From Raja brachyura (lineage: Eukaryota): 64,000 bases of DNA. Below the pieces are notes generated by a model. That model worked only from the letters and a program-made list of their open reading frames with translations, had not been told where the DNA came from and made no database searches. Every line of letters starts with the position of its first letter. The stretch's first letter is position 1. The stretch spans positions 112,344,001-112,408,000 of the forward strand of contig OY740783.1 in the NCBI GenBank assembly GCA_963514005.1, read 5' to 3'. Shown here piece after piece: positions 12,321 to 24,175 of this stretch. Position numbers and translations under genes: made by a program.

Positions 12321-13099
12321 TTGGATGGACCATGCTGAGGGAAAACTGCATGTTTGGAGGGGCAATACTGAGGGAAAGCAGCAACGTCAGAATTCTGGGA
12401 TCTTGTTAAACCACGTATCCATGTTATCAAACTTTACAGGCAACGGTATCTCGTTGCCTATAAAGTAATTAGGAGTGGCTTTGTTTGTGAAAAGAGCTAT
12501 GGGAAATGCAAACCTTTCATGTAATTTGTTTGTGAACCCTGGGGTGAGCGCAGCCCAGAAAAATAGTTGCCTTGAATTCGCAGATTTGGAATTCAATCTT
12601 ATTGGTGTCAAGATTATTTTTATATCACTTCTTAGGGATGATGTAATACAGTCAACAAGGTGGCATTGTGGAAGGCCCTTCAGCTGTCGCTGCCAGTGAT
12701 GGTCACTCCCGGGATAAAGATGTGTTGATGCACACAACTCGTGGTTAGATTTACATCATGAGGTGGGGGAAGAAGGTAGAAAGGCAAAAGCTCTCATTAA
12801 CTGCAATTGTTGTATAAGTGGGGAAATGGATTAAAAGATTCTTCAATAGGATGAAGCTATTCTATGCTAATTGAATTACCATTCTATTTTTATTTCTGCT
12901 CTGACTACTGCAACTTGTGACTTGGAGATTCAGAGACACTGAAGCCCTGTTGGAAAACCAAGCCCTGAGCAAGCATGGACTAAAGATAATGCCAAGTATT
13001 ATCTGAAGTCAAACCCTTCTCCAGTTAATTATCAGCAAACCAAAGGAAACCTGAAGTGCATCAAATGACCGAGCTCATTCAGAATGGTAAACATTATCT

Positions 13100-13290
13100 C
13101 CCTGGAGTATTGTGTCCAGAATTCAAGGCCTCTCCAGGAAGGTCATACTAGCTTGGAGGAGTTGAATTGGTATGCATTTCCTTGAGTTTGGGGGGCTGAA
13201 AGGTGATCTGATTAATGGGTTAAAATATTCAAAGAATTCAACATACAAGATGCAGATAAACTATCTCCTCATTGAAGTAATTAAACTTGA
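13100..13290 (+). mobile_element. Old CR1 fragment
   Basis: CTGGAGTATTGTGTCCAG (LEYCVQ) and GGTGATCTGATT (GDLI) remnants. Confidence 0.5.
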
Positions 13291-14324
13291 GGAGATGCAG
13301 CACTGGAAATTCTTTTGCATACTGCTCAGTTTTTGTGCATGACGCAAAATAATTTAAAGCCAGCTTTTTAATACAGTAAGGAACTCAGTGCATGCTCACA
13401 TGATATGCTCAGTTTTAAATTCTTGTTCATGAATTCCATTTTTAATATCTATAATAATGTAACACAAAGCGAACACATCACTTGCATGATGAATTCATGG
13501 TACTGAAGTAAAAATAATGGCAGCCTGAAAATATTATGAGCAAAATGAAGTCACTAACAAGACACAACATAAAAACATCTTGTATTCTATAGAATTCCAA
13601 GTAAAATTAGATCAATTTCACACATGAGAAAGTAAATGGAAACCATGCATTTTCATGTATGGAAGTGATTAGTGAGATTGAGGGTTTCACACCCACAACT
13701 GGGTCAGGAGTAAAAATCTTTTTTTTTTCTCTCTGTGAAAATTGCTTTCATATGAGCAAAAAAGGGGGTTGAAAGCTTATTTATAGGGAAAAAATATTAA
13801 CCACAATTTGATATGGCACAGATAATATTCACAGGCCTACAGTCCAGAATATAAGAGACTCCATATTTGCCAACTTAATTAGTCTGGAATTGTTTGGATT
13901 CGACAAAGCTCAGTGAGTGCATTAGTCAGGATGCTGGAAAGGCAGTGGAACCCCAGCAGCTGCTCCCATTAGTGTTACCCAGCTAAATTTAAATGTTGCT
14001 GTTTAATGACTCAATTCGCTTTGTACTTTTCACACATAATTTTCACGATGGGTTCAATTATGGCCAGCAGTTTATCGAGGGCAAATGTTTTGTTCCTGTA
14101 CACTTGAAACGGAACTTTGTAAAATTGTTAAGAAAATCAAACATTGGAAATGAGGCAGATAATGGTCCCTCAAGCTTGTTCCCCACTGAACAAGATCACC
14201 TTTGATCATACCCTTTTTCCAGATCCTATTATTCTCTTTGAATCCAAAGGAACTTATAGCTTGACAAGCAATCCTCAAAGAGATCAATGCTTGATTTAGG
14301 CCTGATCCAATTCAACTCGTGTTT

Positions 14325-14525
14325 AAGAAGGAACTGCAGATGTTGGCTTACACCGAAGATAGGCACAAAATGCTGGAGTAACTCAGCGGACCAGGGAGTA
14401 TCTCTGTAAAAAAGGAATACATGACGCTTCAGTCTGATGAAGGGTCTCGACCCGAAACGTCATCTATTCTTTTTCTTAAGAGATGCTGCCTGGCCCGCTG
14501 AGTTACTCCGCACTTTGCGCCTATC
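14325..14525. mobile_element. Head-to-head inverted pair of Penelope pLTR fragments with intact hammerhead core
   Basis: Left arm antisense, right arm sense. CTGATGAAGGGTCTCGACCCGAAACGTC at 14434-14461. Flanking repeats TTCAACTCGTGTTT / TTCAACTTGCGTTT (12/14). Confidence 0.8.
14434..14461 (+). ncRNA. Minimal type-I hammerhead ribozyme motif (PLE-type)
   Basis: CUGAUGA core, one extra A, helix II GGGU-CUCG-ACCC, GAAA, palindromic ACGU helix III and GUC cleavage triplet. Helix I is weak (about 2 bp). Confidence 0.6.
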
Positions 14526-14814
14526 TTCAACTTGCGTTTTTGTCCTGCTAACTGCTCAGTCTCAGTGGATCGGATGAGGCAGCTACCAAACGGGTTATTG
14601 GAAGAAAGTTTGATGCTCGGGTTGAATCAGAGGATTCTTGAATGGTGCTTTATTAAGTGGGCAGACCCTGCTGAGTATGAAACCGTTCATCAACACGTGG
14701 GTGGATGGTGTATGGAATTTGCAATGCATGCCGACATTGGCAATGGCAGGAGAATGGCTAGAAGGAGTCTGATCAGTGATCAGCAATAAAAATAGAAAGA
14801 AAGATGTATTTCTG

Positions 14815-14905
14815 AAGGTAGCACAAAATGCTGGAGTAACTCAGCGGGGCAGGCAGCATCTCTGGAGAGAAGGAATGGGTGATGTTGCGGGTCGAGACCC
14901 TTCTT
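14815..14905 (-). mobile_element. Penelope pLTR fragment truncated inside the hammerhead motif
   Basis: CACAAAATGCTGGAGTAACTCAGCGGGGCAGGCAGCATCTCTGGAGAG...GGGTCGAGACCCTTCTT. Confidence 0.75.
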
Positions 14906-15133
14906 ATTTCATTAACTTTGGTTCATGAACTACATTTACATTGCAGCCACTGTCGTAATGTGGGAAACGTATCATTACTTTGTGAACAGCAAAATCCCAC
15001 CACCTGTGATAATGGGTGGGGAAATTGTCTTTTAGTGATGATCACAGATAAAAGTATACTCTCCAATTTAAAATATTACGGTGGCATTGCATGATTATTG
15101 TCTGGATAAATGAAAGATAGTATGCCCAATATA

Positions 15134-16715
15134 CAGTGCATTGAAAAAGTATTCAGACCCCTTCACTTTTTCCATATTTTGTGACGTTACAGCCTTATGT
15201 AAAATGGAATCAAATTTTTTTTTAATCATCAATCTACCCACAATACCCCAGAATGACGAAGCGAAAACAGGTGTTTAGAAATTTTTGCAAAGTAATTAAA
15301 AATAACTGAAATATCACATTTACATAAGTATTCTGACCCTTTGCTATGACACTCGAAATTGAGCTTAGGTTCATCCTGTTTCCATTGATTATCCTTGAGA
15401 TGTTTCTACAACTTGATAGGAGTGGTAAATTAAATTGATTGGACATGATTTGGAAAGGCACACACCGGTCAGTATAAGGTCCCACAGTTGACAGTGCATG
15501 TCCGAGCAAAAGCCAAGCTATGAAGATGAAGGAAATTGTCCATAGACGTCCGAGACAGGATTGTGTCGAGACACAGATCTGGGGAAGGGTATAAAACAAT
15601 TTCTGCAGCATTGCAGGTCCCGAAGAGCACAGTGGCCTCCGTCATTCTTAAATGGAAGAACTTTTGAATCACCAGGACTCTCCATAGAGCTGGTCGCCCG
15701 GCCAAACTGAGCAATTGGGGGAGAAGGGCCTTGGTCAGGGAGGTGACCAAGAACCCGATGGTCACTCTAACAGAGCTCCAGAGTTCCTCTGTGGAGATGG
15801 GAGAACCATCCGAAAGGACAACTATATCTGCGGCACTCCACCAATCAGGCCTTTATGGTGGAGTGGCCGGACGGAAACCATCCTCAGTAAAAGGCACGTG
15901 ACAGCCCGCTTGGAGTTTGCCAAAAGGGTTGTTTTCTCTGGTGCTCTGGTCTGATAAAACCAAGATTGAACTATTTGGCCTGAATGCCAAGCGTCACTTC
16001 TGGAGGAAACCAGGCACCGCTCATCATCTGGCCAATACCATACCTACGGTGAAGCAAATGTGGTGGCAGCATGATGTTGTGGGGATGTTTTTCAGCGGCA
16101 GGAACTGGGAGACTAGTCCGGATCGAGGGAAAGATGAACAGAAAGATCCTTGATGAAAACCTGCTCCAGAGTCTTCTGGACCTCAGACTGGGGCAGAGGT
16201 TCACCTTCCAACAGGACAACGACCCTAAGCACACAGCCAAGACGACACAGGAGTGGCTTCGTGACAAGTCTGTGAATGTCCTTGAGTGGCCCAGCCAGAG
16301 CCCGAACTTGAACCCAATCGAACATCTCTGGAGGGACCTGAAAATAGCTGTGCATCGACGTTGGCCATCCAACCTGACAGAGCTTGAGAGGATCTGCAGA
16401 GAAGAATGGGAGAAATTACCCAAATGCAGGTGTGCCAAGCTTGTAGCGTCTTACCCAAGAAGACTTGAGGCTGTAATCGCTGCCAAAGGTGCCTCAACAA
16501 AGTACTGAGTAAAGGATCTGAATACTTATGTAAACGTGATATTTCAGTTATTTCTTTTTAATTATTTTGCAAACATTTCTAAACTATTTTTTTAATTATG
16601 GGGTATTATGTGTAGATTGATGACAAAAAATGAATTTAATCCATTTTAGAATAAGGCTGTAACGTAACAAAATGTGGAAGAAGTGAAGGGGTCTGAATAC
16701 TTTCTGAATGCACGG
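15134..16715 (+). mobile_element. Complete but inactive Tc1-family (DD34E, IR/DR type) DNA transposon
   Basis: TA flanks (15132-33, 16716-17). ~210-bp ITRs CAGTGCATT..AAAGTATTCAGACCCC / GGGGTCTGAATACTTT..AATGCACGG with inner direct repeats. Confidence 0.95.
15520..16508 (+). pseudogene. Tc1 transposase pseudogene
   Basis: [35 protein letters not shown]...[11 protein letters not shown] (34 residues between D and E), ending AAKGASTKY*. Frameshifts, a stop and small deletions. Confidence 0.93.
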
Positions 16716-16764
16716 TAGAGCACAGTGTTCCCTCTGTACCTTTCTGTTCAAGTTTCTGCAGTAT

Positions 16765-16990
16765 CATAGTCATACAGCATGGAAACAGGCCCTTCGCTAC
16801 ATTGTCCATGCTGACCAAGATGCTCCAGCTAAGCTAGTCCAATATATCTGTGTTTGACCCATGTCCCACTAACCCTTTCCTCTCTGTGTTCCTGTCCAAA
16901 ATGCCTAAGAACTAATTAAGGATAGTCAGTGTGGCTTTGTGTGTGGGAGATTGTATCTTTGAGTGGGAAACTTTAGTATGGGTGTAGGAT
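16765..16990. mobile_element. CR1 fragments (minus-strand 3' tail and short RT piece)
   Basis: TCATACAGCATGGAAACAGGCCCTTCG tail; ATTAAGGATAGTCAGTGTGGCTTTGTG (IKDSQ.GFV). Confidence 0.55.
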
Positions 16991-17089
16991 GGGGGTTGAG
17001 TAATGTGTTTACAGCAGCAGTATCACAAGGCTCAGACCAGCAGAAGACAAATTAATTTGTGTCCAGTCAAACCGGATCATAGTAAGCCA

Positions 17090-18078
17090 ACAGTACTATC
17101 CGCTTTCCAAAGAGAACACTCTCTCCACAACTCCTTAGTTTACTCGTCCTTTCCCTCCAAACCCGCCCCCTCTCTCCGAACCTACCCCCTCCCCAGGTAC
17201 TTTCCCCTGCAGCAGGAGATGTTAGACCTATACCTCGACCTGCTTTCCTCACTTCCATCCAGGGACCCCAGTAATCCTTCCAGTTGAGACAACATTTTAC
17301 ATGCATTTCTTCTACTGCATTGCTGTTTCAAATGTGACCGTCTTTACATCAGCAAGACCAAGCATAGACTAGGCAACTGCTTTGCCGAACACTTTTGGTC
17401 TGTCTGTCAAGGCCCGGTTGCGAACTAGTGTAATTGCCATTCCCATACCGACCTTTCTGTCCTGGGCCTCCCCCATTGTCAGAGTGAGGCCATTCAAAAA
17501 TTGGAAGAATAGCTCTTTATATTCTGCTCTGGTGTGATCATTGAATCCCCCAACTTAATATCCATTCAAGTAATATTGCCGTCAACCCTCTTTTTCTTTC
17601 CAGCCTCCCCCATCCCCTCCCTGGTGCACTCCCAAAGTCTCATACCTCCCAGTCACCCTTCTCCTTTCCCCTCCTTCATACACTCATCTCCCATCCTCCT
17701 TTTTCCATTCCCCTTTTTCCCTACCCCCTTCTTCTCCCCATCCTCCGTGTCCCTTCCACCCACATCCCTCTCTCTGGCTATACATTTCACTCTTCTTTGT
17801 CTCCCTATCTGACACCTTTTTTTCAGGTCTTTTCTGGTTATTTATTCCACCTATCTACCAATCAAACTGTCACCTGTATCCTCCAATCAATTGCCAGGCT
17901 TTGTCCCACCTCTCTTGTCCAGTTGTCATCCCCCTGCTTCCATCAGACTGAAGAAGGGACCCATTCTGAAACATCAATGTATTTTCCACCCCATATGCTG
18001 CCTGACCTGCTGAGTTCTTCCAGCACTTTGTGTTTTGCTCAAAATTCCAGCAACTGCATTACAGTCTCTTACGTCTCC
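17090..18078 (+). mobile_element. Penelope-like element 3' part: decayed GIY-YIG endonuclease, pyrimidine-rich region and pLTR
   Basis: Remnant of QGP..SFQLRQHFTC..YC..C.KC..LYISKTKHRLGNCFAEH. Degenerate hammerhead CTGAAGAAGGGAC...TGAAACATC at ~17948-17975, then the same tail as the short repeats. Confidence 0.8.
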
Positions 18079-18394
18079 AAGTCAACACTACTATTACACC
18101 AGGAGGAGCAAACTTGTAACTCATACCACACATTCTGTCGAACCATTGTGCAGAAAACTAGTTGTATTGCTGAGTATCATATAGTCGTATATCACAGAAG
18201 CAGGCCCTTCTCCCCATCACATCTGTGCTGACCATCAATCATTTGGCAGTGCAACATGAGATTTCTAACATGAACTATTTATTGGAATGAGAGAAGTTAT
18301 GGAAGTGGCGGCTCCTGTTCACTGCATTGATCCATTTGATGCAGAACAGCACTAATGATGAAGTTAGCACAAATGTAGATTTTAGAAAATCAGA

Positions 18395-18505
18395 AAAAAT
18401 GCAGATGTTGGAAATCTAAAATAAAAAATACTGGAAAGACCTTGCAAGTCAGGCAGCAACTATTGAAAGAGAAACAGAGTAAACATATCAGGCAGAAGAC
18501 CTTTA
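18395..18505 (-). mobile_element. Old Penelope pLTR fragment
   Basis: GCAGATGTTGGAAATC...GTCAGGCAGCA similarity to the other copies. Confidence 0.5.
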
Positions 18506-19884
18506 ATTCACTTGTTTTTTGTTACTTTAGGCAGGTTGGATCCACGGTCACAACGTGAATTTGTTCAGGAAATACTGGTTTAGTCCAACTGGATTCATTA
18601 GTTACTAACTTGATCCAACTTGCATCACATGCACCGTTATTGCAAAGAAGATTGTGCTTTTGTAAATGACTTGTGTTCAATTCAAACTTCACAAAGTTTC
18701 ATTGATTTAAATGTTCATAGTTCTGTCTTCCTGTAACTCTGTTAATACTGTGAATTCCTTCATTTTGTTAAGCTAATGTTGATTTTTCAGCTCAAGATTC
18801 ACTTTATTTCCCTCATTCCTTCCAATGACACTACTTGGCATGTTTGCTGTGCCCTAAATAAGCAATACACGTTGTCCAGGCAATTTGCCAAAGGCTGTTG
18901 GAAGATAGGAAATTGAAGCAACTGGGCAACTGTTGGTAACTTTTTTTACTTGCAAAGAGCCACTTAAAGCAACTTTATTGTGTGATTTGGTTCCTAGAGA
19001 AATGCACATTCATCTTTAAGTCTGAAACAAGCATTGAATTTGGCAGAGAAATTAACTAAACAGAAATCTGTCAGTGCAGAGTAATGTTGGACAGGGTGCC
19101 TTTAGTTATTTAAAATAAACACATCTCATTTTATTAATGATGTGTTAGCCTGGCACTGAGTTCCTTGCTCAAAGAACATTAATATGGAATTATATGGATT
19201 AATATGATTAATATGGAACAGCTCAATGTTGGTGCTAGGTGGGGTCACATCTGCAGTGGATATAAGGGTACCCTTGAGAGCCCTTGTATCCTTGTTAACA
19301 TTTGACATTAAGAAGCAAATATACAGATATGAATCTAGTTGTTTATGGACTGACCTGGTGCTATAATCTGTTGGAATTATCTATGATTGGAATAGATGTT
19401 AAATATCGCTCATAATTGAACAGTTTGTCAATGAGAAAACAGTCCATGAATGAATAAATGAATTTCTGTATGGCTGGAATTAGAACTGTTACATATCTAT
19501 ATATATATAAATGGTTATTTTGTAATCTCTTATGTCAAAAATTGTTATGTGATGGTACAATCTTATGTACAAACAATTGATGGTTTCCATGAGTTTCTTG
19601 TTTTTGAAAGAGGAAGCAGACTATTCTATACACTGTGTATCCTAAGTATATCTAAGGATTGACTGCACTGTGTGAGATGATGTATACGGAATAGACAGAG
19701 TACAGCCCTCACTGGCAAATAGCTGAACAACCAGCACTGGGAATCCATGACTCTCTTTGTGTTGTGGAAGGTACATTCTTTGTTGATATGGCCAATTTGC
19801 ATTGCAGACCTATATTGCCATTCACTACCATGCTGCTTTCCTGCAGCTCTTGCCACCGCCCTCTCTTGATTTATGTTGCACACA

Positions 19885-21330
19885 ACATAGAATATAAAAC
19901 ATCAAGCATGGAAAGGAACAGCACATGAACAAGCCCTTTGGTCCATAACATGTGTTAAACATGATGCCATTAAACTAAATTCATCTGCCTGCGCATGATC
20001 CATACCTTTCCATTGCCTGCAAATCTATGTGAAACATAGAAATTAAGTGCAGGAGTAGGCCATTCGGCCCTTCGAGCCTGCACCGCCATTCAATATCATG
20101 GCTGATCATCCAACTCAATATCCCATACCTGCCTTCTCTCCATACCCTCTGATCCCCTTAGCCACAAGGGCCACATCTCACTCCCTCTTAAATATAGCCA
20201 ATGAACTGGCCTCAACTACCCTATGTGGCAGAGAGTTCCAGAGACCCACCACTCTCTGTGTGAAAAAAGTCCTTCTAATCTCGGTCCTAAAGGATTTCCC
20301 CCTTATCCTTAAGCTGTGACCCCTTGTCCTGGACCTCCCCAACATCGGGAACAATCTTCCTACATCTAGCCTGTCCAACCCCTTAAGAATTTTGTAAGTT
20401 TCTATAAGATCCCCTCTCAATCTCCTAAATTCTAGAGAGTATAAACCGAGTCTATCCAGTCTTTGTTCATAAGACAGTCCTGACATCCCAGGAATCAGTC
20501 TGGTATGTGCCCATCTAAAAGTCTCTTAAATGCCACTATCCCATCTACCTCCAACACCATTCCCAACAATGCATTCCAGGTACTCCTCTGTGTAAAAAAA
20601 AAAAAAACTTGCCCCGCTCATCTCCATTAAACTTTGTCCTTTTCACCTTAAAGCTGTGCCCTCTAGTATTTGACATTTCCACCCTGGGAAGAAGGTTTTG
20701 ATTGTCTACCTGTTCTATGCCTCTCATAATGTTATATGCTTCTATCAGGTCTCCCCTTTGCCTCTGACACTCCAGAGAAAACAATCCAAGTTTGTCCAAC
20801 CTCTCCTCACAGCTAATACCCTCTAATCCAGGCAGCATTCTGGTAAAGGAGCTGAGCATTCTAAGCATTCTGGTAAGCATCTTCTGCACCCTCTCAAAGC
20901 CTCCAAATCCTTCCTGCATTGGGGCGACCAGAACTTTATACAATACTCCAAATGCAGCCTAACCAAAGTCCGATAATGTTGCTTTATGATTCACTGACTC
21001 TTATACACTGACCAATGAAGGCAAGCATACCATACACTTTCTATCCACATGGTGCCATTTTCAGGTAGCTATGGACTTGGACTCCCTCTGTACATTATCC
21101 CTCTGTACATTAATGTTATTAAGGATCATTACCTGTATATGGTCCCCTTACCTTTGCCCTCCCAAAACCCACCACTTCACACTTGCTCACGTTAAACGCC
21201 ATCTGCATTTCTGCACCTATTTCTATAGCTGATCTATAATCCATTGTATACTTTAACAGCCTTCCTCAGTCTGCAATTCCTGTAATCTTGGTGCCATCTG
21301 CAAACTTACTAACCCACCCACTTACATCGA
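19885..21330 (-). mobile_element. Older CR1 3' fragment interrupted by a younger CR1
   Basis: ORF 20545..20943 (FERVQKMLTRML..EERLDKLGLFSLE..TRGHSFK) and upstream FADGTKI remnant. Confidence 0.85.
20032..20503 (-). mobile_element. Young 5'-truncated CR1 inserted into an older CR1, 6-bp TSD
   Basis: Open frame MSGLSYEQRLDRLGLYSLEFRRLRGDLIETYKILKG...; TSD TATGTG at 20026-20031 and 20504-20509. Confidence 0.88.
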
Positions 21331-21944
21331 TCATATGACTGCATTACTTTCTCACAGGTTTAGTTGCTTAGCATATATTGTTGATGTCGATACACTTCCA
21401 TCAGTTGAAGGCTGACTGCCTTCACTGAAAGCCATTTTGTTAGTACTTCTGCCTTTCTTCATTGCATTCCTGAACAGCAAAACTAAGGAGCCTACAGACA
21501 CCACACCACAAACATGCCGGGCCGGTTCATGGAGTATTATAACTGAAAGCACTGAACAGGTTTCAGTGGTGTGTAAAGCTGAGAGTCAGTTGGGGGGAGA
21601 GCTGGGTTGTTAGTCAGCATTGCAAGTAATCTCATATAGGTTAAAAATTTCACACAGGATGCCAGCATTTTGTTCATGATGATGATGAGAAAGTTCATAG
21701 TGCACATTGTTGACTTATGCTGCGTAGCTGGACAACATTGGTTCACTGATAATGAGTACTTCCACTTATCTTGTATAAATACTGAATACAAATGCACGAG
21801 GAAACAGTGATTGCAAAATTAACAGGTGTTTAAATGTATTTGTGTCCTCTTTAAATTCCCTCTGGAGGGACTGCACTTCTTTGAGCAGAATGGGTGAGGA
21901 GAGTATTGGTTTTATTTATTTATTTTTGCACTGGATATGGATGT

Positions 21945-22230
21945 TACTGACATTTATAGTCCATCCCTAATTGCCCCTCAGCTGAGGGTCAGTCACATTG
22001 ATGGTTTGGAGTCACATACCCACATTCCTTCCTGAAAACATTATTGAACCATATGGATTTTATGAAAATACTGCATTTTCATTGTGAACATGACTGATTC
22101 TGCCCTTTTATTCCAATTTTTCAGTTTCATTTAATTTTTGAATTAAGTTCCCCCAGCTACCATGGTAGGATTTGAACTCGCGTCTCTGATCAATGATTCA
22201 GAGGTGTTGGTCATGATCCACTGACTATCA
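21945..22230 (-). mobile_element. Ancient tRNA-derived SINE remnant
   Basis: B-box-like GAGTTCAAATCC on the minus strand (GGATTTGAACTC) plus CATTTAT..CCATCCCTAATTGCCC tail. Related to 25755-26050 and 30230-30500. Confidence 0.5.
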
Positions 22231-22329
22231 CACCTTAGCGATTGAAAATTGTAAAGCGATTAGTGAGAGTAAGGAAGGAGAAACTGCTTGCACTAGTGCA
22301 GTCAGTCAGAACGGTGGAAAGAAGATCAA

Positions 22330-22915
22330 TGGAACTTTCAAAAAAATTGGAAACATATGCTGGAAAGGTTTTAGCAAGACTGTCCCGAAGGGCCGGGCAC
22401 GGCAGAAGCTTCCGAAGAGCCACACGCCGTTGCCATATCCCGGCAGCAGGCCTGGCTCACCCGCCGCCAAACCGGGATCCCCCTTGCAGTGGGAGCCTCG
22501 CCAAGGCATGTCTCCTGTTCGCCCCCGAGGACAGGGAACTGAATGGGATGGTAGAGGGAGTCGGTGAGGGCAGCAGATGCTGGATAAAGGGCCGGTAAGA
22601 AGAACCGAGGGTCTTACCTTCTGCGCCCCCAAGGTTGGCTGCAGGAGGCCCCCTGAGTCATGAAGGATGAAGGTAGTCGGAGATTCGCTGGACCAAATGG
22701 ACCATGCAATGGCTGCAACGAGCCTTTCTGCCAGCTGTAGCTGGCACTTCGAAAATGGCACCAACCTGGATTACTCTTGCATATGCTGGTCTCTTTCAAT
22801 GCATTCTGTCGTTAATCAAGAATTGTACTTATGTATGGTAATAATCTTACTGATTTGTATGCAAAAAAAATTATTTTCATTATATATTGGTACACATGAT
22901 AATAAAGAACCATTG
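22330..22915 (+). mobile_element. GC-rich non-LTR retroposon fragment with Rex1-like 3' tail
   Basis: Abrupt GC-rich block, then TGTATGCAAAA..TTTTCATT..GGTACACATGATAATAAAG tail. A related tail occurs antisense at 53215-53280. Confidence 0.4.
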
Positions 22916-22947
22916 GGAATAATTGCAGTAAAATAATTAATTTTGTG

Positions 22948-23110
22948 CAGTTTAGAGATACAGCGCAATAACATGCCATTCAGCCCACTGAGTCCACGGG
23001 GACCAGCAATATCCATATACTTTCACTATCCTGCACACTGGAGACAATTTACTTTTTTTTAAATCAAAGCCAACTACAAACCTGGAGAATACCCACATGG
23101 GCACAGGGAT
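22948..23110 (-). mobile_element. HE1-like V-SINE 3' fragment
   Basis: GTTTAGAGATACAGCG... tail and V-domain remnant CCTGTG..CATGTGGGTATTCTCCAGG on the minus strand. Confidence 0.6.
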
Positions 23111-23660
23111 TCTATCATCTCCCCTCAACCTCCGATGTTCCAGAAAAAACAGTCCAAACATTCTTTCCAACCTCTCCCTGTAGCTGAAACCCTTTAATCC
23201 AGGTAGCAATCTGGTAAGCCTCCCCTGCACCCTCTCCAAAGCTTCCACATCTTTCCTGCAATGGGGCGACCAGAAACACACACTCCAATACTCTAAATGC
23301 TGCCTAACCAAAGTCCTATAGAGCTGCATCAAGACTTCCTGACTGAAATTCAATGCCTCTAGCAATGAATTCAAGCATACCTTCTTTACCACACTATCTA
23401 CTTGTGCTGCCACCTTTAATGAGCTATACAAAGATCCCTCTGCTTATCAATGCTGTTAAGGGTCTTGCCACTAGCTATATATTTTCTCCTTGCATTCAAC
23501 CACCCAAAGTTCAACACCTCGCACTTGCTCGGGTTAAACTCTATCTGCCATTTCTGCAGCTGATCTACATCCCACTGTATCTTCTGAGAACCTTTCTCAC
23601 TGTCGGCAACTCCTCCAATTTTGGTGTCATCAGTAAACTTATTCACCAACATTTACATCT
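23110..23660 (-). mobile_element. CR1 RT fragment
   Basis: KFTDDTKIGGVADS..WQIEFNPSKCEVL and QLYRTLVRQHLEY. Confidence 0.85.
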
Positions 23661-23857
23661 ACGCTCAGATGTTAAAGGCTGAGCGAGTGCAGAGGGGGAG
23701 GACTATTGAGACGATATGGCAGCATTTGCATCCAACTCACTGACCTCAATGGACAGAAGGACCTGAAATCAAGCCAAAAGGTGGTGGCAGGAGGATTGAT
23801 GGTCAGAGGTCATGAGCTTAAGATTTTCTGACGGAACCAGAGATAGAAGAAGGAAAT

Positions 23858-23952
23858 GTGTAGGAAAGAACTGCAGATGCTGGTTTGAATCTAAGGGAGA
23901 CACAATGCTGGAGTAACTCAGCAGGACAAGCAGAATGCCTGGAAAGAAGGAA
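23858..23952 (-). mobile_element. Penelope pLTR fragment
   Basis: TGTAGGAAAGAACTGCAGATGCTGG...GCTGGAGTAACTCAGCAGG. Confidence 0.65.
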
Positions 23953-24175
23953 TATCCAAAAAGGTAAATATTTGAAGGGAAAAAATTTGCTGGGGAGAAA
24001 GCAGGGGCGCAGTATCAATAAAGTGACTGTTTAAAGTGACTGTTCGAAGATGGGCTTAATGGCCCTCGTCTGCGCCAGGTAGTTTTGTGACCCAAGGCTA
24101 GACTGGAAATTTTTTGTTGCTACTGTATATGTGAAGGTCAGATGATTTACCAGACACAGAGCATCCACTAATATT

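Noticed and set aside
16071-16508. Tc1 C-terminal ORF as a functional transposase
   Set aside because: The N-terminal DNA-binding part and first catalytic D lie in other frames, with a stop and deletions.
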